A stretch of 64,000 bases of DNA, taken from positions 2,048,001-2,112,000 of the forward strand of contig CM000155.2 of the NCBI GenBank assembly GCA_000004695.1, written 5' to 3'. Source of the stretch: Dictyostelium discoideum (Eukaryota). Below the pieces are notes generated by a model. It made no database searches. It had not been told where the DNA came from and saw only the letters and a program-made list of their open reading frames with translations. Positions 1 through 12,203 of the stretch are shown here, one piece after another; the first letter of the stretch is position 1; each line of letters starts with the position of its first letter. The position numbers and the translations under genes are program-made.

Positions 1-1842
1 CACTTCTTGATACTCTAAAAACTCTTTTGGTAGTGTAGCTTCGATTGGAGGTTGTATTGGCCAATTTCCACTGGTCAACACATAGATATTCATCTCTATG
101 GATTTGAAGTTCTGAGTCATTGGAGAGTCTCTAAATGAATTCATAATATCATTACTTAACTCGATGTCTTTAAACATCTCCTCCAACTTTGCAGTGAACG
201 TCGTACCACATTCAGTCTTTAATTTGGAAATCATTGATTTCTCAGCATCGATCGAGGTTGATTTATCCAAGAGTAAACGTTTTGATAGATCTTGTTTATA
301 GAATGCTTCAAACACATCCTTGCCTTGAATATAACGGAAGAGGATCAACGACTTGTTCAACACGGTCTCTAATTCCTCTTCAGACATTCTCTTTCCACCA
401 ACTTTTAGCTTTGAATCTATGAATCTTGCGACTAATTCGGCGGGTTTGTTTTGCTTGGTATTGATAAAGTATTCGAATGACTCTTTCAATGCGTAGGTCA
501 ACAATTCGTTCTTTGAGAATGATTGACTCAATATTCTATCCAATCTGTCCTTGTAGTCTAAAAGATCTTGAATTAACGTTGCCTCTTTCTCTTTATCATT
601 CAACATTTGAATACCAGTTTGCTTGATATAACTTTGCCATGACTCTTTAATCTTTTTAATTTCACCAACGCTATTCAATAGTTGATAGAGTTTACCTAAA
701 TCCTCTAACCTATCGCCATTCACCATTGCATTGAAACCTTTCTCCAAGATAACATCCACATGTCTCTCTATCAATTGTCTATCCAACACTGCCATCAATT
801 GCTTCTTTGTCGATTGCTCTAAATATCTCATTAATCTCTCACCTTCTTGATTTAATCTTTCACAAACATACTTTAAATACATTGGTGTTTCAATTTCATT
901 AATCTTACTATTACCTTCCATATCATAAAATCTATTTGTTTCTTTAATAAATTCAATTTCAAATTTTGTATAAATCTAAAAAAAAAATAAAAAATAAAAA
1001 AAATTAATAAATTAATAAATAATAAATAATAAATTGGTTTAAACCAAACTTACATTTAATGATGATAACATTTTAACTAAACTATGTATTAAATCTCTAT
1101 CAATTTCATCACCTTCTCTTTCACATCTAATTGAATATAATAATGAATCGATTGTTTTTCTTTCTAAATTTGATTGTTGTGATAAATTATTACCAAAATA
1201 AAATAAACCTAAATCCCAAATTGATTTAACCGTATTTGAATTTTGAATAACATAAGTTCTATCTAAATATAAAAATATACTCCTAATCATTATCTGTGTT
1301 TATAATTGTTTAATTATTAATAAAAAGTTAATTATTATTATTATCATCTATTTGTTTATTATTTATTTATTTACCATTTGATTTGTATGATCTTTCCAAA
1401 TTGAATTTATAGATTTTAAGAAAATGATTGGGTCAGATGACATTGTTAAAACTAAATGTTTTATAGTAAGAGTTATATGTTTTTCAATTTGTACCGATAT
1501 TTTATTATATAGGTTCGATGCTAATATTTTATCAAAACATAAGTTTTCTACCATTTTATATAATTCCTCTTGTGTTAATGTTGTTGCTTGCTTCATATTG
1601 ATTGATGTAATAGCTGAACTTAATTTATTCCATGATGAATCTTCATAGTTATCTGGTGTTTTTGGTATCTGTTTTAAATTTTTAATAACCAATATCTTCT
1701 TTGCTGGTGGTGTACCTGCTAAACTATTCGTTAATGGTTTTTTATTATTATTATTTATATTATTAACATTATTATTATTATTATTTAAATTATTATTATT
1801 ATTATTATTATTATTATTGTTATTGTTATTATTAAAATTCAT
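1..1842 (-). CDS. Cullin-4-like protein, N-terminal and middle part; 3' end runs off window. Exons (minus strand): 1375..1842, 1054..1293, <1..975.
   Basis: Translation of exon 2 reads IMIRSIFLYLDRTYV...SIWDLGLFYF, which matches the cullin-4 helix 'QMIMIRSIFLFLDRTYV...SIWDMGL'. The long exon (1..975) has cullin-repeat-like sequence (YLKYVCERLNQEGERLMRYL...). The N-terminus is poly-Asn. Donors GTAAAT and GTAAGT and acceptors CAG/TAG preserve the frame across both introns. Confidence 0.8.
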
Positions 1843-1852
1843 TTTTATTTTT

Positions 1853-1883
<31 letters not shown>

Positions 1884-2587
1884 TTATCTGTACAGAAAAA
1901 AAAAAAAAAAAAGGTTCAATGAATTGACAAATTTAATTAATGCAATTAATTTTTTTTTTTTTTTTTTAAAAAAAGAAAAAAAAAAAAAAAAAAATTTTTA
2001 TTGATAAAAATGTTCAAATTTGACCTAAAAAAAAAAAAAAAATATTTGCTTTTTTTTTTTTTTTATTTTATTTTTCATATTTTTTTTTTTTTTTTTTTAT
2101 AAACAATTATTTAATTTTATTTATTTTTAATATGAATTTAGCATATAAAAATAGACCAATCAAAAATACACAAAATCATATAAAATATAAAAAAAATGAA
2201 TATAACCATTCTGTTTTTTAAATTTTTAAATTTTTTTTTTATTTTTTTTTAAATCTTAATTTTATTTTTTTCGGTCAATAATTTTATTTTTAGAATTTAA
2301 TTATCTACCATTCATTTTTTTTATTTTAAAGAACAATGAGTAGGGAATAGATTTTTATAAAAAAAAAAAAAAATTGGTTTGTTTAATTTTTTTTTTTTTA
2401 AGTTTTATAAATTTCTTATTTTCATTTATTAATAATTTATTTTTTAAAAAAAAAAAAAAAAGATAAATAAATATGTGGACATTATAAAAAATTTAAATTA
2501 AATAGTAATCAGTTTCATTTTTTTTTTTTTTTTTTTAATTTTTTTTTTATTTTTTTGTTTTTAATAATCATAATTGATTTTATTATT

Positions 2588-3160
2588 TTATTTTTTTGAA
2601 AAATAATAAAAAGCAACAAAGAAATCATAAACCATACAAAAAGTTGGATACCAATATGGAGTCTTAGTGGTTGCAACATGGAAAAAACTATGATGTAATA
2701 AATCCCAAATTGCATGAATTAAATAACCATATACAATATATTTTTGACCCTTTTGTAAAGCATACAATGCACAGCCTCCAACCAATGCTGAAACAGCTAA
2801 ATCAAACATATATTCGAATTGTGTTACTACTGAATTTGATGAAAATGCGAATGTAATACCTGCACATGCTAAATAAATTAAAAAAAAAAAATAAAAAAAA
2901 ATAAAAAAAATGAAAAAATAAAAAAATAAAAATTAATAAATTATTTAATTAATAAATAAATAAATAAATAAATAAATTCTACTAAATTTTTTTTTATTTT
3001 TTTTTTAATTTTTTTTAAATTGTGTGTTCATACCTGCTAAAATTACAATGTCAAAATGGAAAGCGAAACGATGATTTGATTTGTGGAATAAAACAAATGC
3101 AACAATAGCTAAAACAGCCAAAACTAGGCCATGTTGATCTCCTGTTGAAACAATTAACAT
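2588..3160 (-). CDS. Hypothetical small (~132 aa) four-helix membrane protein; 2 exons, complement(join(2588..2858,3034..3160)).
   Basis: ATG at 3160. Exon 1 encodes MLIVSTGDQHGLVLAVLAIVAFVLFHKSNHRFAFHFDIVILAG with a GTATGA donor. Exon 2 (after a CAG acceptor) continues in frame as ITFAFSS...MFDLAVSALVGGCALYALQKGQKYIVYGYLIHAIWDLLHHSFFHVATTKTPYWYPTFCMVYDFF. Hydrophobic segments suggest TM helices. No family recognised. Confidence 0.5.
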
Positions 3161-3473
3161 TTTTTATAATTATAATTAATTATTTGATTATGGTGTGTGT
3201 AAATTAAAATGTTGAAAGATATTTTTAATAAAAAAAAAATAAAAAAAAAAAATAAAAAATTGGAAGATGATTAAATTTTTAAATTTCATTTTTTTTTTTT
3301 TTTTATTTTTTTTATTTTTTTTTTATTGAAACCCACCACCAAATCATTATTCCTTATTTCAATCAAAATTAAACAGAATTTTTTTTTTTTACTTTTTTTA
3401 CTTTTTTTTTTTTGTTGTTTTTTTTGTAAATATTTACACTTTACCAAATTTGGGAAATAAATCCCACTATATA

Positions 3474-3527
<54 letters not shown>

Positions 3528-3589
3528 GAAACTTTCTATTTAAATGAGTAAAAGATGACAAAGAATTAATAATGGATGGTGTCGAAATT

Positions 3590-3790
3590 GTAAAAAAAAT
3601 CAATTAAAAATAGTGCAATTGAAAAAGTATTTGGTATAGTTGGTGTACCACATATGAATTACAAGCACAAGGTTTTGGATTTTTTGGATTTCGTAATGAA
3701 CAAAGTTGTAGTTATGATGATGCAGGTTTACCAGGATTTTGTATGACAGTTAGTGGTCCTGGTGTAGTTCATGCATTGGCAAGTGTATTT
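3590..3790 (+). pseudogene. Degenerate fragment of a thiamine-pyrophosphate enzyme gene (2-hydroxyacyl-CoA lyase / acetolactate-synthase-like N-terminal TPP domain); frameshifted, no complete ORF.
   Basis: Two adjacent frames read SIKNSAIEKVFGIVGVPH and ELQAQGFGFFGFRNEQSCSYDDAGLPGFCMTVSGPGVVHALASVFNE. These resemble the HACL1/ALS N-terminus (..IFGIVGIPV..ELA.AAQ..GI.YIG.RNEQAA.YAA.A.GYLTGRPGVCLVVSGPG.IHAL.G..NA). The fragment is about 70 aa, is interrupted by a frameshift, and is flanked by direct repeats AATGAGTAAAAGATGACAAA at 3543 and 3792. Confidence 0.5.
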
Positions 3791-4080
3791 AATGAGTAAA
3801 AGATGACAAATAATTAATATATTTACATTTTTGAAAAAAAAAAAAAAAAAATGGTTTCTTTGAAAAACAATATTTTAAATTATTTTTGTTTTTTTTTTTT
3901 TTTTCTCCACATTAATTAAAAAAAAAAAATTAACAATTTGTAAAGAAAAATAAAAAAGATTTTTTTATTTTTTTTTATTTTAATTTAAATTTCTCCTAAG
4001 AGATGTGATAATTAAAAAAAAAAATTTTAAAAAAAAATTAAAAAAAAAAAAAAGGCGGGAAACTATAACTCACTCATACA

Positions 4081-4405
4081 ATGGCTTTATCTCTTTATTA
4101 TGATGAAGATGATGACGAAAATGAAAATGAAAACAAAGATAAACCAAATAATGATTTTAAAAATCAACAACAAATAAATACATCAAAAACCACTAATAAT
4201 AATAATAATATTAATAATAAAAATAATTATAATAATAAATTCAATGATGATGATATATTTAATAATGATAAAATTATAACCAAACCAAGAGTAACAACAA
4301 CAACAACAACTACCAAAAATACATCAACCAATTCAAATATAAATAAAACCAAATTTAATGATGATGATATATTTGATGATGAAGATGAAGATAGTAATAG
4401 TAATA

Positions 4406-4443
<38 letters not shown>

Positions 4444-7347
4444 GATACAATAATAACAAATGATTATAGATATCAAAAAACAGTACCATTTTCATCATTT
4501 TGTGATTTAATGAATAGAATTATTAATGATACAAAGATTAGTAATAAAAAGAATTATTTAGAGAAATTTATGAATCATTATAAAGATGAACCAAATAATT
4601 TTTATCAATTACTTAGATTAATATTACCACAATTGGATAAAGATAGAAATAGTTATGGATTAAAAGAGAAAACATTGGCAAGATTATATGTTGAACTATT
4701 GAATATATCACCGGAAAGTGTTGACGCAATGAGGTTATTAAATTGGAAGAAATCAACCAATGATGAAATTGGTGGTGATTTCGGTACTGCTGTTTATTTA
4801 TCGTTAAAGAATAGATGTAATAATGATAATGGTAGAATTAAAGTCTCAATGGGTGATATCAATGAATCGCTAGATCAACTAAGTCAACCATTAACAGATA
4901 AGAAAACAAAAGTTTCAATCTTAAAAAAAGTATTACGATCAACCACAGCACAAGAACAAAAGTGGTTTGTACGTATCATTCTAAAAGAGATGAAAAATGG
5001 ACTCTCTGATAACATCACTTTAAAATTCTTTCATCCTGATGCAATCGACCATTTTAATATAACTTCAAATTTAAGATTAGTATGTACAAATTTATTTTAT
5101 ATGACACAATCAAAACAAAAAGAATTAAAAGATAAACAAAAACTTGAAGAAAAAGAAAACCTTTTAAAACAACAACAACAACAACAAAATGATTTAGATA
5201 TTTATAAATTAGAAATTAAATTATTTAATCCAATAAAGCCAATGTTGGCAAATAGACAAAGTATTGATAATTTATCAATGATATTGAATAGTGCAATTTC
5301 GGCAACACAATTTGTGGTTGAAAAGAAATTTGATGGTGAAAGAATTCAAATTCATAAAGATGGTGAACAGGTTAAATACTTTTCAAGGAATAGTAATGAT
5401 TCAACCGGTATATATGGCTCAATGTTTACACCAATTGTTAAGGAGTGTGTTTTGGCCGAGAGATGTATATTGGATGGTGAGTTGATTGTATGGGATTCCA
5501 TATCACAACGATTTGAAGATTTTGGTAATTTAAAAACATTGGCATTGAATAAGGATGGTATTTCAGGTAGTGGTGATCCGTTGGGTATAAATTATGGCAA
5601 ACAACTTTGTTTCATTGCATTTGATATTCTATTTGTAAAAGATCAAAGTGTGATGAACTTACCATTAATGCAAAGATTAATGCTATTAAAACGTTGTGTA
5701 ACAATAAAATCAAAACAATTTGAAATCTCTGAACAGACAACTGTGAATTCAATTTCCCAAATCATTAGTTTACTAGAGAGTGCGATCATCAATCGTGAAG
5801 AAGGTTTAATGTTAAAGAATTTACATTCCCTCTATGTACCTGCTGAAAGAAAAGATAAATGGGTGAAAATTAAACCAGAGTATATAGATGGCATGGGTAA
5901 TGGTGCCGATGATTTGGATTTGGTTATTATTGGTGGCTACTATGGCAGTGGTTTGAATAGAAGGGGTGGCACAATCTCCCATTTCATGTTGGGTGTACCT
6001 TTTATAGCAGATTCCACCGACACTGACATTGATGATGAATCAACATTTGATAAGAATGTTATATTCTATTCATTTTGTAAAGTTGGTTCAGGCTATACCG
6101 ATATACAATTGAAATCCCTACAAAAGGATTTAGACCCACATTGGAATAACTTCAGTACAAGTAAACCACCATCAATAATTCAATTGGCTGAACCATTCAA
6201 AGAGAAACCTGACGTTTGGATTGATCCAAGAGTTTATTCAAAAGTACTTCAAATTAAGGCATCCCAAATCGTTGTAACTGATAAATACAAATGTGGCTAC
6301 ACTCTTAGATTCCCAAGAGTATTAAAAATTAGAGATGATAAAGGTTGGAAAGATTGTTGTAGTCATGAAGAAATCATTGACCTCTTTACAAACTATTCAA
6401 CAAATTTAAATTTTAAAAGAGATCATGAATATGGTGATGGCAGTGGTGGGAAAAATAAAAAATTAAAGAAATCAAAGAAAACTACAAACCAACTATTAGC
6501 CGATAGTGGGTTAAAAGTATTATCAATATTTCAAGATACTGACACAAGTGGTATTATACCAACTCAAAATATATTTCAAGGTATTGAAATTTGTGTTATT
6601 AAAGGTAGTAGTGGGGAATACACAAAATCAAAATTAGAAATTATGATTGTTGAAATGGGTGGTTCAAAAGTTCAATATCCATCAAGAAACACAAATTATG
6701 TAATCTCTTCAAAAGAGGTTGTAAAAATTCAAAATTTAATTCAATCTGGTTTCATTGATATCGTATCTTTTAATTGGATTGTAGATTGTTATAATGAAAA
6801 AAGGTTAGTCCCATTAGGTCCTAAATATATGATTTTCTCAACTGAATCAACAAAGAAAAGATTTCTTTTAGATTCTGACCAATTTGGTGATTCCTATATA
6901 AACGAAACTACTGAACAATCTTTAAAAGATTCTTTTAATCAAATTGATAAATTAAAATTAAAAAAACAATTATCAATCAATTCTACTACTACTACTACCA
7001 CTACTTCTATTTCAAAATATTTTTCAAATTGTTGGTGGTCATTATTTAAAGAATTTACATTTTATTTAGATTTATATCAAGTTGTTGGTGAGAAGTCAAC
7101 ATTAATTGAAAATAATAATTTAGAATTATCAAATTTAAATATTCAATTTTATGGTGGTAAAATTTCAATAGAATTTAATAATAAAATCACTCATGTTGTT
7201 TTAGATTCTTTAGATTTATCAAGAATTACTTTTATTAAAAATAAAATCAATTCATTATCATTACCAATTCAAATTGTTACTACAAATTGGATTCAACTTT
7301 CAATTAATAATTATTCAATTCAACCAATTTTAGAAATTTTAGATTAA
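4081..7347 (+). CDS. lig4: ATP-dependent DNA ligase IV (single exon, 1088 aa)
   Basis: The adenylation motif KFDGERIQIHKDG matches Lig4 'KLDGERMQMHKDG' (KxDGxR), followed by FSRNSND. The OB-fold and conserved ligase motifs follow. Two C-terminal BRCT-like domains (6540-6800 and 7000-7300) are typical of ligase IV rather than I/III. The N-terminus is low-complexity N/T/D-rich. Confidence 0.85.
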
Positions 7348-7421
7348 TTTTTAAAATAAAAAAAAAAGATAATATATATACACTTTTAAAATAATTATTT
7401 TTTTTTTTTTTTATTTATTTT

Positions 7422-7479
<58 letters not shown>

Positions 7480-7577
7480 TTATATGATATTATGGATATT
7501 TTATTGTTACTATTTTTATTTTTTTATTATTATTACTATTAAATTTTTTTTTTTTTTTTTTTTTTAATTTTTTTAAT

Positions 7578-8399
7578 TTATGTACTACTTTTTGTTAAGT
7601 TATCAATTAAATCTTGTAATGGAAGCATTTCTTTTTTATCAACTAAATTAAATTCGACAATGAAAAAGTAAAAATGTTTGAAACAAGTATTTAAGTGAGC
7701 TTCTTCACCTAATGAAACGATCTTTGTAAAGTGAGAGTAATAGATATGACCGTATACTCTAAACAATCTCTTAAAGATATTTTTAACGATGGATTGGAAG
7801 TTTTTAGGGAATTGAACGTCAACACGTGATGGGAATATGTTTTCATCATCTAAAATACCTTGAACCCATGTCATTAAAAATTCTACATACTCTGGAGCTG
7901 ATACTTTAATTGGTTTCTTTACTGATTCACCATCAGCCCATAAATATTCATATTTTGGTCCTGCTGACATAACTTCACATGTTTTTGGAGTACAAAATTC
8001 AGTAATTGATCCATAAAGTAAATTAATTTGATTAAAAAAATCAACAGCTAAAAAAAATAATAAAAAAAATGAATATTAAAATTATAATAATAATAATAAA
8101 TTATAATAATTAGTATAGGTCTATATATTTATTAACCAAAGTAAAATGTGATATTGTATATTTACTATTAACTGCTAACCATTCATTTAAATCTTCTCTT
8201 TCTGGAAGTGAGACTGCTAATCTTAAATTACCACTACCTAATGTAGCTTTTGCGTGTTTATGTAAATCGTGTCTTTTAGTTCCTTTACTGAAACCTTTTT
8301 TTGGTTTAAATGTTTTATTTTTATCGCTATTACTATTGTTATTGTTTTTGTTATTGTTGTTTTTTTTAAATTGGTCAGTAAATGCTTTTTTTTAAAAAA

Positions 8400-8430
<31 letters not shown>

Positions 8431-8479
8431 GTTTATTTTTATTAAATAAAAAAAAAAAACTTACAATATTTTGAACATT
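7578..8479 (-). CDS. Mob1 (Mps-one-binder) kinase activator; 3 exons, complement(join(7578..8047,8166..8332,8466..8479)).
   Basis: Exon 3 reads [63 protein letters not shown]..., which matches human MOB1 ([39 protein letters not shown]). Exon 2 reads ...KNKTFKPKKGFSKGTKRHDLHKHAKATLGSGNLRLAVSLPEREDLNEWLAVN. The 14-nt first exon ATGTTCAAAATATT has a GTAAGT donor and gives MFKIF.., which resembles human MSFLF. Confidence 0.8.
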
Positions 8480-8821
8480 TTTTTTTTTTTTTTTTTATTT
8501 ACTATATTTACACAATTTCTGTTTTTGGTTTTGTTTTTTTTTTTTTGTTTATATTTTTTTTATTTTTTTTTTATTTTTTTTTTATTTTTTTTATATAATT
8601 ACAAATTTGGTGTATAAATAATAAAAAAAATATATATATATAAACTATTTGATGAAATAAAATAGTTAGTTAATATTGTACAATGTGGGGTAGTAAATAA
8701 ATATTAAGTTTTATAAAGTGGATGGGAAAAAAAAAAAGTGAAAAAAAAAAAAATAAAAAAAAATTAAAAAAAAAATTTTTTTTATTGGGGAAACCCCAAA
8801 CCCTTTGGATTTTTTTTTTTG

Positions 8822-8855
<34 letters not shown>

Positions 8856-8945
8856 AAATATTCATCCCTATTATTTGGTGAAAATAAAAAATACCTTTTT
8901 TTTTGGTTTTTTTAATTTTATTTTTTTTAATTAATTATTCTAACC

Positions 8946-8985
<40 letters not shown>

Positions 8986-9527
8986 CTTTTTTTGATTAGA
9001 AAAAAAATATTTATTTTTAGAGCACAAATGGAAAAAAAAAAAAAATTAAAAAAAATTAAAAAAAATTAAAAAAAAAAAATTAAAAAAAATTAAAAAAAAA
9101 TTGAAAAAATAAAAATGACTTGAAATCGCATTTGTTTAATCGATAAAGGTTGTGTTTTGTGAGATTTGCAAAAATATTCAAAAAATAGATAAAATTATAA
9201 TAATAACAACAACATTTATTTATTCCCATATATATTCGTCATCACCATCACCATCACCATCACCATTCAATAACTTAATATCATGTCAGTAAATAGTAGT
9301 AGTTTTAATAATAGTGGTAGTATCAACAATAATAATAAAAATACACATGATCATCTGACTTGTCATTTATCAGATTTTTTAAACACAAATAAAATAAAAA
9401 ATTGTACAGTTGAAAATTTAATTGAAAAGTAATAAATAAAATAAAATAAAATAAAATAAAAAAAATAAATAAATAAAAATAAAAATAAAATAAAAAACAT
9501 AAAGAATAAGAATAAGAAAACCTAAAA

Positions 9528-9595
<68 letters not shown>

Positions 9596-9668
9596 TATTA
9601 GTGAAAATGATAATCATTTTAAAATTTATAAATTTTTATTATTTGATTTCTCAGAAGTTGTTGGAAAA

Positions 9669-9971
9669 ATGGTTAAAGAGTATTTACCAAATAGAAATGG
9701 TGAAGTGAAGGATTATTCAAGTAGTGGGAAATATTGTTTACCAGATGAGGGACTTTTAAAAATGGTTTATGATATCGCAACAATAGAATACAAAATCAAT
9801 ACACCAATTGGGAAAGAGAATTTTATAGAAGGTTTTGTGGACACTCCTGATTTAATACACTTTACAATAAAGTTTGTTTCCAAGACTGCAGAGTTCCATA
9901 ATGTCTCAAGTTTTTGTGATTCTTTTGATTCATCTTCAACTACTATAACAAATACAACCTTTTCAACATAA
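9669..9971 (+). CDS. Hypothetical protein (100 aa), no recognisable family
   Basis: ATG-initiated ORF with non-low-complexity composition (MVKEYLPNRNGEVKDYSSSGKYCLPDEGLLKMVYDIATIEYKINTPIGKENFIEGFVDTPDLIHFTIKF...). Weak evidence only. Confidence 0.3.
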   Translation: MVKEYLPNRNGEVKDYSSSGKYCLPDEGLLKMVYDIATIEYKINTPIGKENFIEGFVDTPDLIHFTIKFVSKTAEFHNVSSFCDSFDSSSTTITNTTFST

Positions 9972-10465
9972 CAATAAATCTTCAAAAAAAAAAAAAAAAA
10001 TAATAATAGATTTTTGGTGGTTCCAAAAAAAAAAAAAAAAAAAAAATAATAATAATAATCAAAAATTTTTGGGGTTAAGTTGAGAAACAAAAAAGAAAAA
10101 AACAAAAAGGAAAAAAAAAAATAATAACAGAATGACAAATTTGTCAGATGGAACCACAATGATAGGAAAAAAAAAAAAAAAAAAAATTAGATTTTTTTTT
10201 TTTACAATAGGGGGTTATTACAATAATTAAATTTTTTATTTTTTTTTTTATTTTTTATTTTTTATTTTTTATTTTTTTTTATTTTTATTTTTTTTATTTT
10301 AAATTAAAAAATTGTATTTAAAAAAATTTTAATTTAATATATTCATTTTTTTTTTTTTTATCCAACATTATAATAATTTTATTCATTCAGTATTACTTCA
10401 TTATCAGTACAACAAAATTTTGTTAAAAAACATTCTATAATAATAATAATTAAAGTTCATCAATA

Positions 10466-10940
10466 ATGTTATCACCACAACCACAACCAGAAATTATCCC
10501 ATTACCAGCCAGTATGTATTTTTTTCTTACTTTTTTTTTTCTATTTTTATTTAAAATAGAAAAAAAATAATACTGCAAATATTAACCAAGTTTTTTTTTC
10601 CACCTTTTTTTTTTTCTTTTTTTCTTTTTTTCTTTTTTTTCCGCTTACTTTTTTTTTTTTTTTTCCTCTCTTTCGGAATCCATTAAACTCAGTGAAAGTT
10701 GGAGGAGAACATGGCATGAGAGTACCAAAACCAAAGCATACAAAAGTTGTACATAGCCCTCCACCACGTACACAATTTGCAACTGGTTTAGATCCAACTC
10801 CTCTTTCTCCAACACTTGATGGTGAATCAAAACCTGAAAAAAAAGAATCAAACCAAGAGAGAGAAAGAAAATTCTCACAAGAACCAACAATTTCTGAAAA
10901 TCATAAGACTCAATCACGTCCATTAAACCAACCAAGATAA
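10466..10940 (+). CDS. Hypothetical small basic Pro/Ser-rich protein (~97 aa); candidate 2-exon model join(10466..10511,10693..10940).
   Basis: ATG at 10466 (MLSPQPQPEIIPLPA), a GTATGT donor at 10512, and a CAG acceptor at 10690-92 give a phase-compatible junction that recreates an ATG codon. Exon 2 reads KVGGEHGMRVPKPKHTKVVHSPPPRTQFATGLDPTPLSPTLDGESKPEKKESNQERERKF... Confidence 0.3.
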
Positions 10941-10956
10941 AAAAACAAACAAAACC

Positions 10957-11018
<62 letters not shown>

Positions 11019-12203
11019 GAATTCTATTTTTGTAATTGTATGAATGTAATATGGGATTGTGGAAGAATTAATATTACCTTTAATCATTGTAAATAAATTA
11101 AACAAAAAAAAAAAAAACAAAAAAAAACAAACAAAACAAAAAGTTAAAAAAATAAATTTTTTTTTTTTTATTAAAAATAGAAAGATTTATACTTTCATAC
11201 CATAACAAAATCATACCTCACAATTAAAATAATATAATGGTCTACTTATTATGTTATAACATTTTTAATAAAAAATGATTTCTGCCTATTTTTTCAGTAA
11301 TAATACAACCAACAATTTGTGTTACCTTACCTTCATACTCTGATTTATTTTTGATCAATGTACACATTTGTGCAATTTCAAAAAAAAAATAAAAAAAAAA
11401 ATATCTTTTTTTTTTTTTTTTTTTTTTATAAATTATTTTTATTTTTATTTTTTTTTTTTTTCAAAATTGATTCATATCATCGATTCAAATAAAAATTAAA
11501 AAAAAAAAAAAAAAAGATATTTTTAATTAATTTCATTTTAAAGGTATTGTTATAAAATATTTTTCATTTTACTTTATTTTTTTTATAGTTTTAAAACACT
11601 TCCAAATCAAGACAACCACATTTTTATTTTTTTTTTTTTTTTAAAATTTTTTTTTTTAATTTTTTTTTTTTTTTTTTTTTTGTAGTAATTTTTTAGTTTT
11701 ATTTTATTTTTTCATTTTAATATATTGACTATATTTTATAATTCACTTTATATGTATACATAGTACATAGTTTTTTACTTTTTTTTTTTTTTTTATTTTT
11801 TTTTTTTTTTTCTTCAATATATTTTTTTTTTTTAATGATAAGTTTTAAATAATATTGGAAAATATAAAAAAATAACAAAAAAAAAAAAGTAATAACCCAT
11901 CCAATTAATATTATTTTTCATATTTAAATACCCACACTTTTTCAATTTTATAGATGTTTTTTTTTTTTTTACTAATAATCAAAATTAATATTAATTACTA
12001 ATTGCATAAACCCATTTATTTTTTTAATTATAAAATCAATAATTTTTAGGTTTTTTTTTATTTTTTTATTTCATTTTTTAATTTTAAATATTTCTTTTTT
12101 ATAATATATATTAAAAAAATACAATAAAGTAAATAATATACAAATAGAGAAAAGAAAATAAAAAAAAAATCAACCTAAAAAAATATATATATATATAATC
12201 AAA

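Noticed and set aside
3286-3603. 105-aa minus ORF and similar poly-K/poly-F/poly-I/poly-Y ORFs (2515-2715, 10923-11120, 17766-18055, 18552-18801, 20640-20894, 41212-41523)
   Set aside because: These are translations of A/T homopolymer and microsatellite tracts in intergenic DNA.
9283-9432. 49-codon ORF (MSVNSSSFNNSGS...) with a GTAATA after its stop, considered as exon 1 of the 9669-9971 ORF
   Set aside because: No acceptor upstream of 9669 gives a phase-compatible junction (candidate AGs at 9653-54 and 9656-57 are both out of frame). It is left unannotated.
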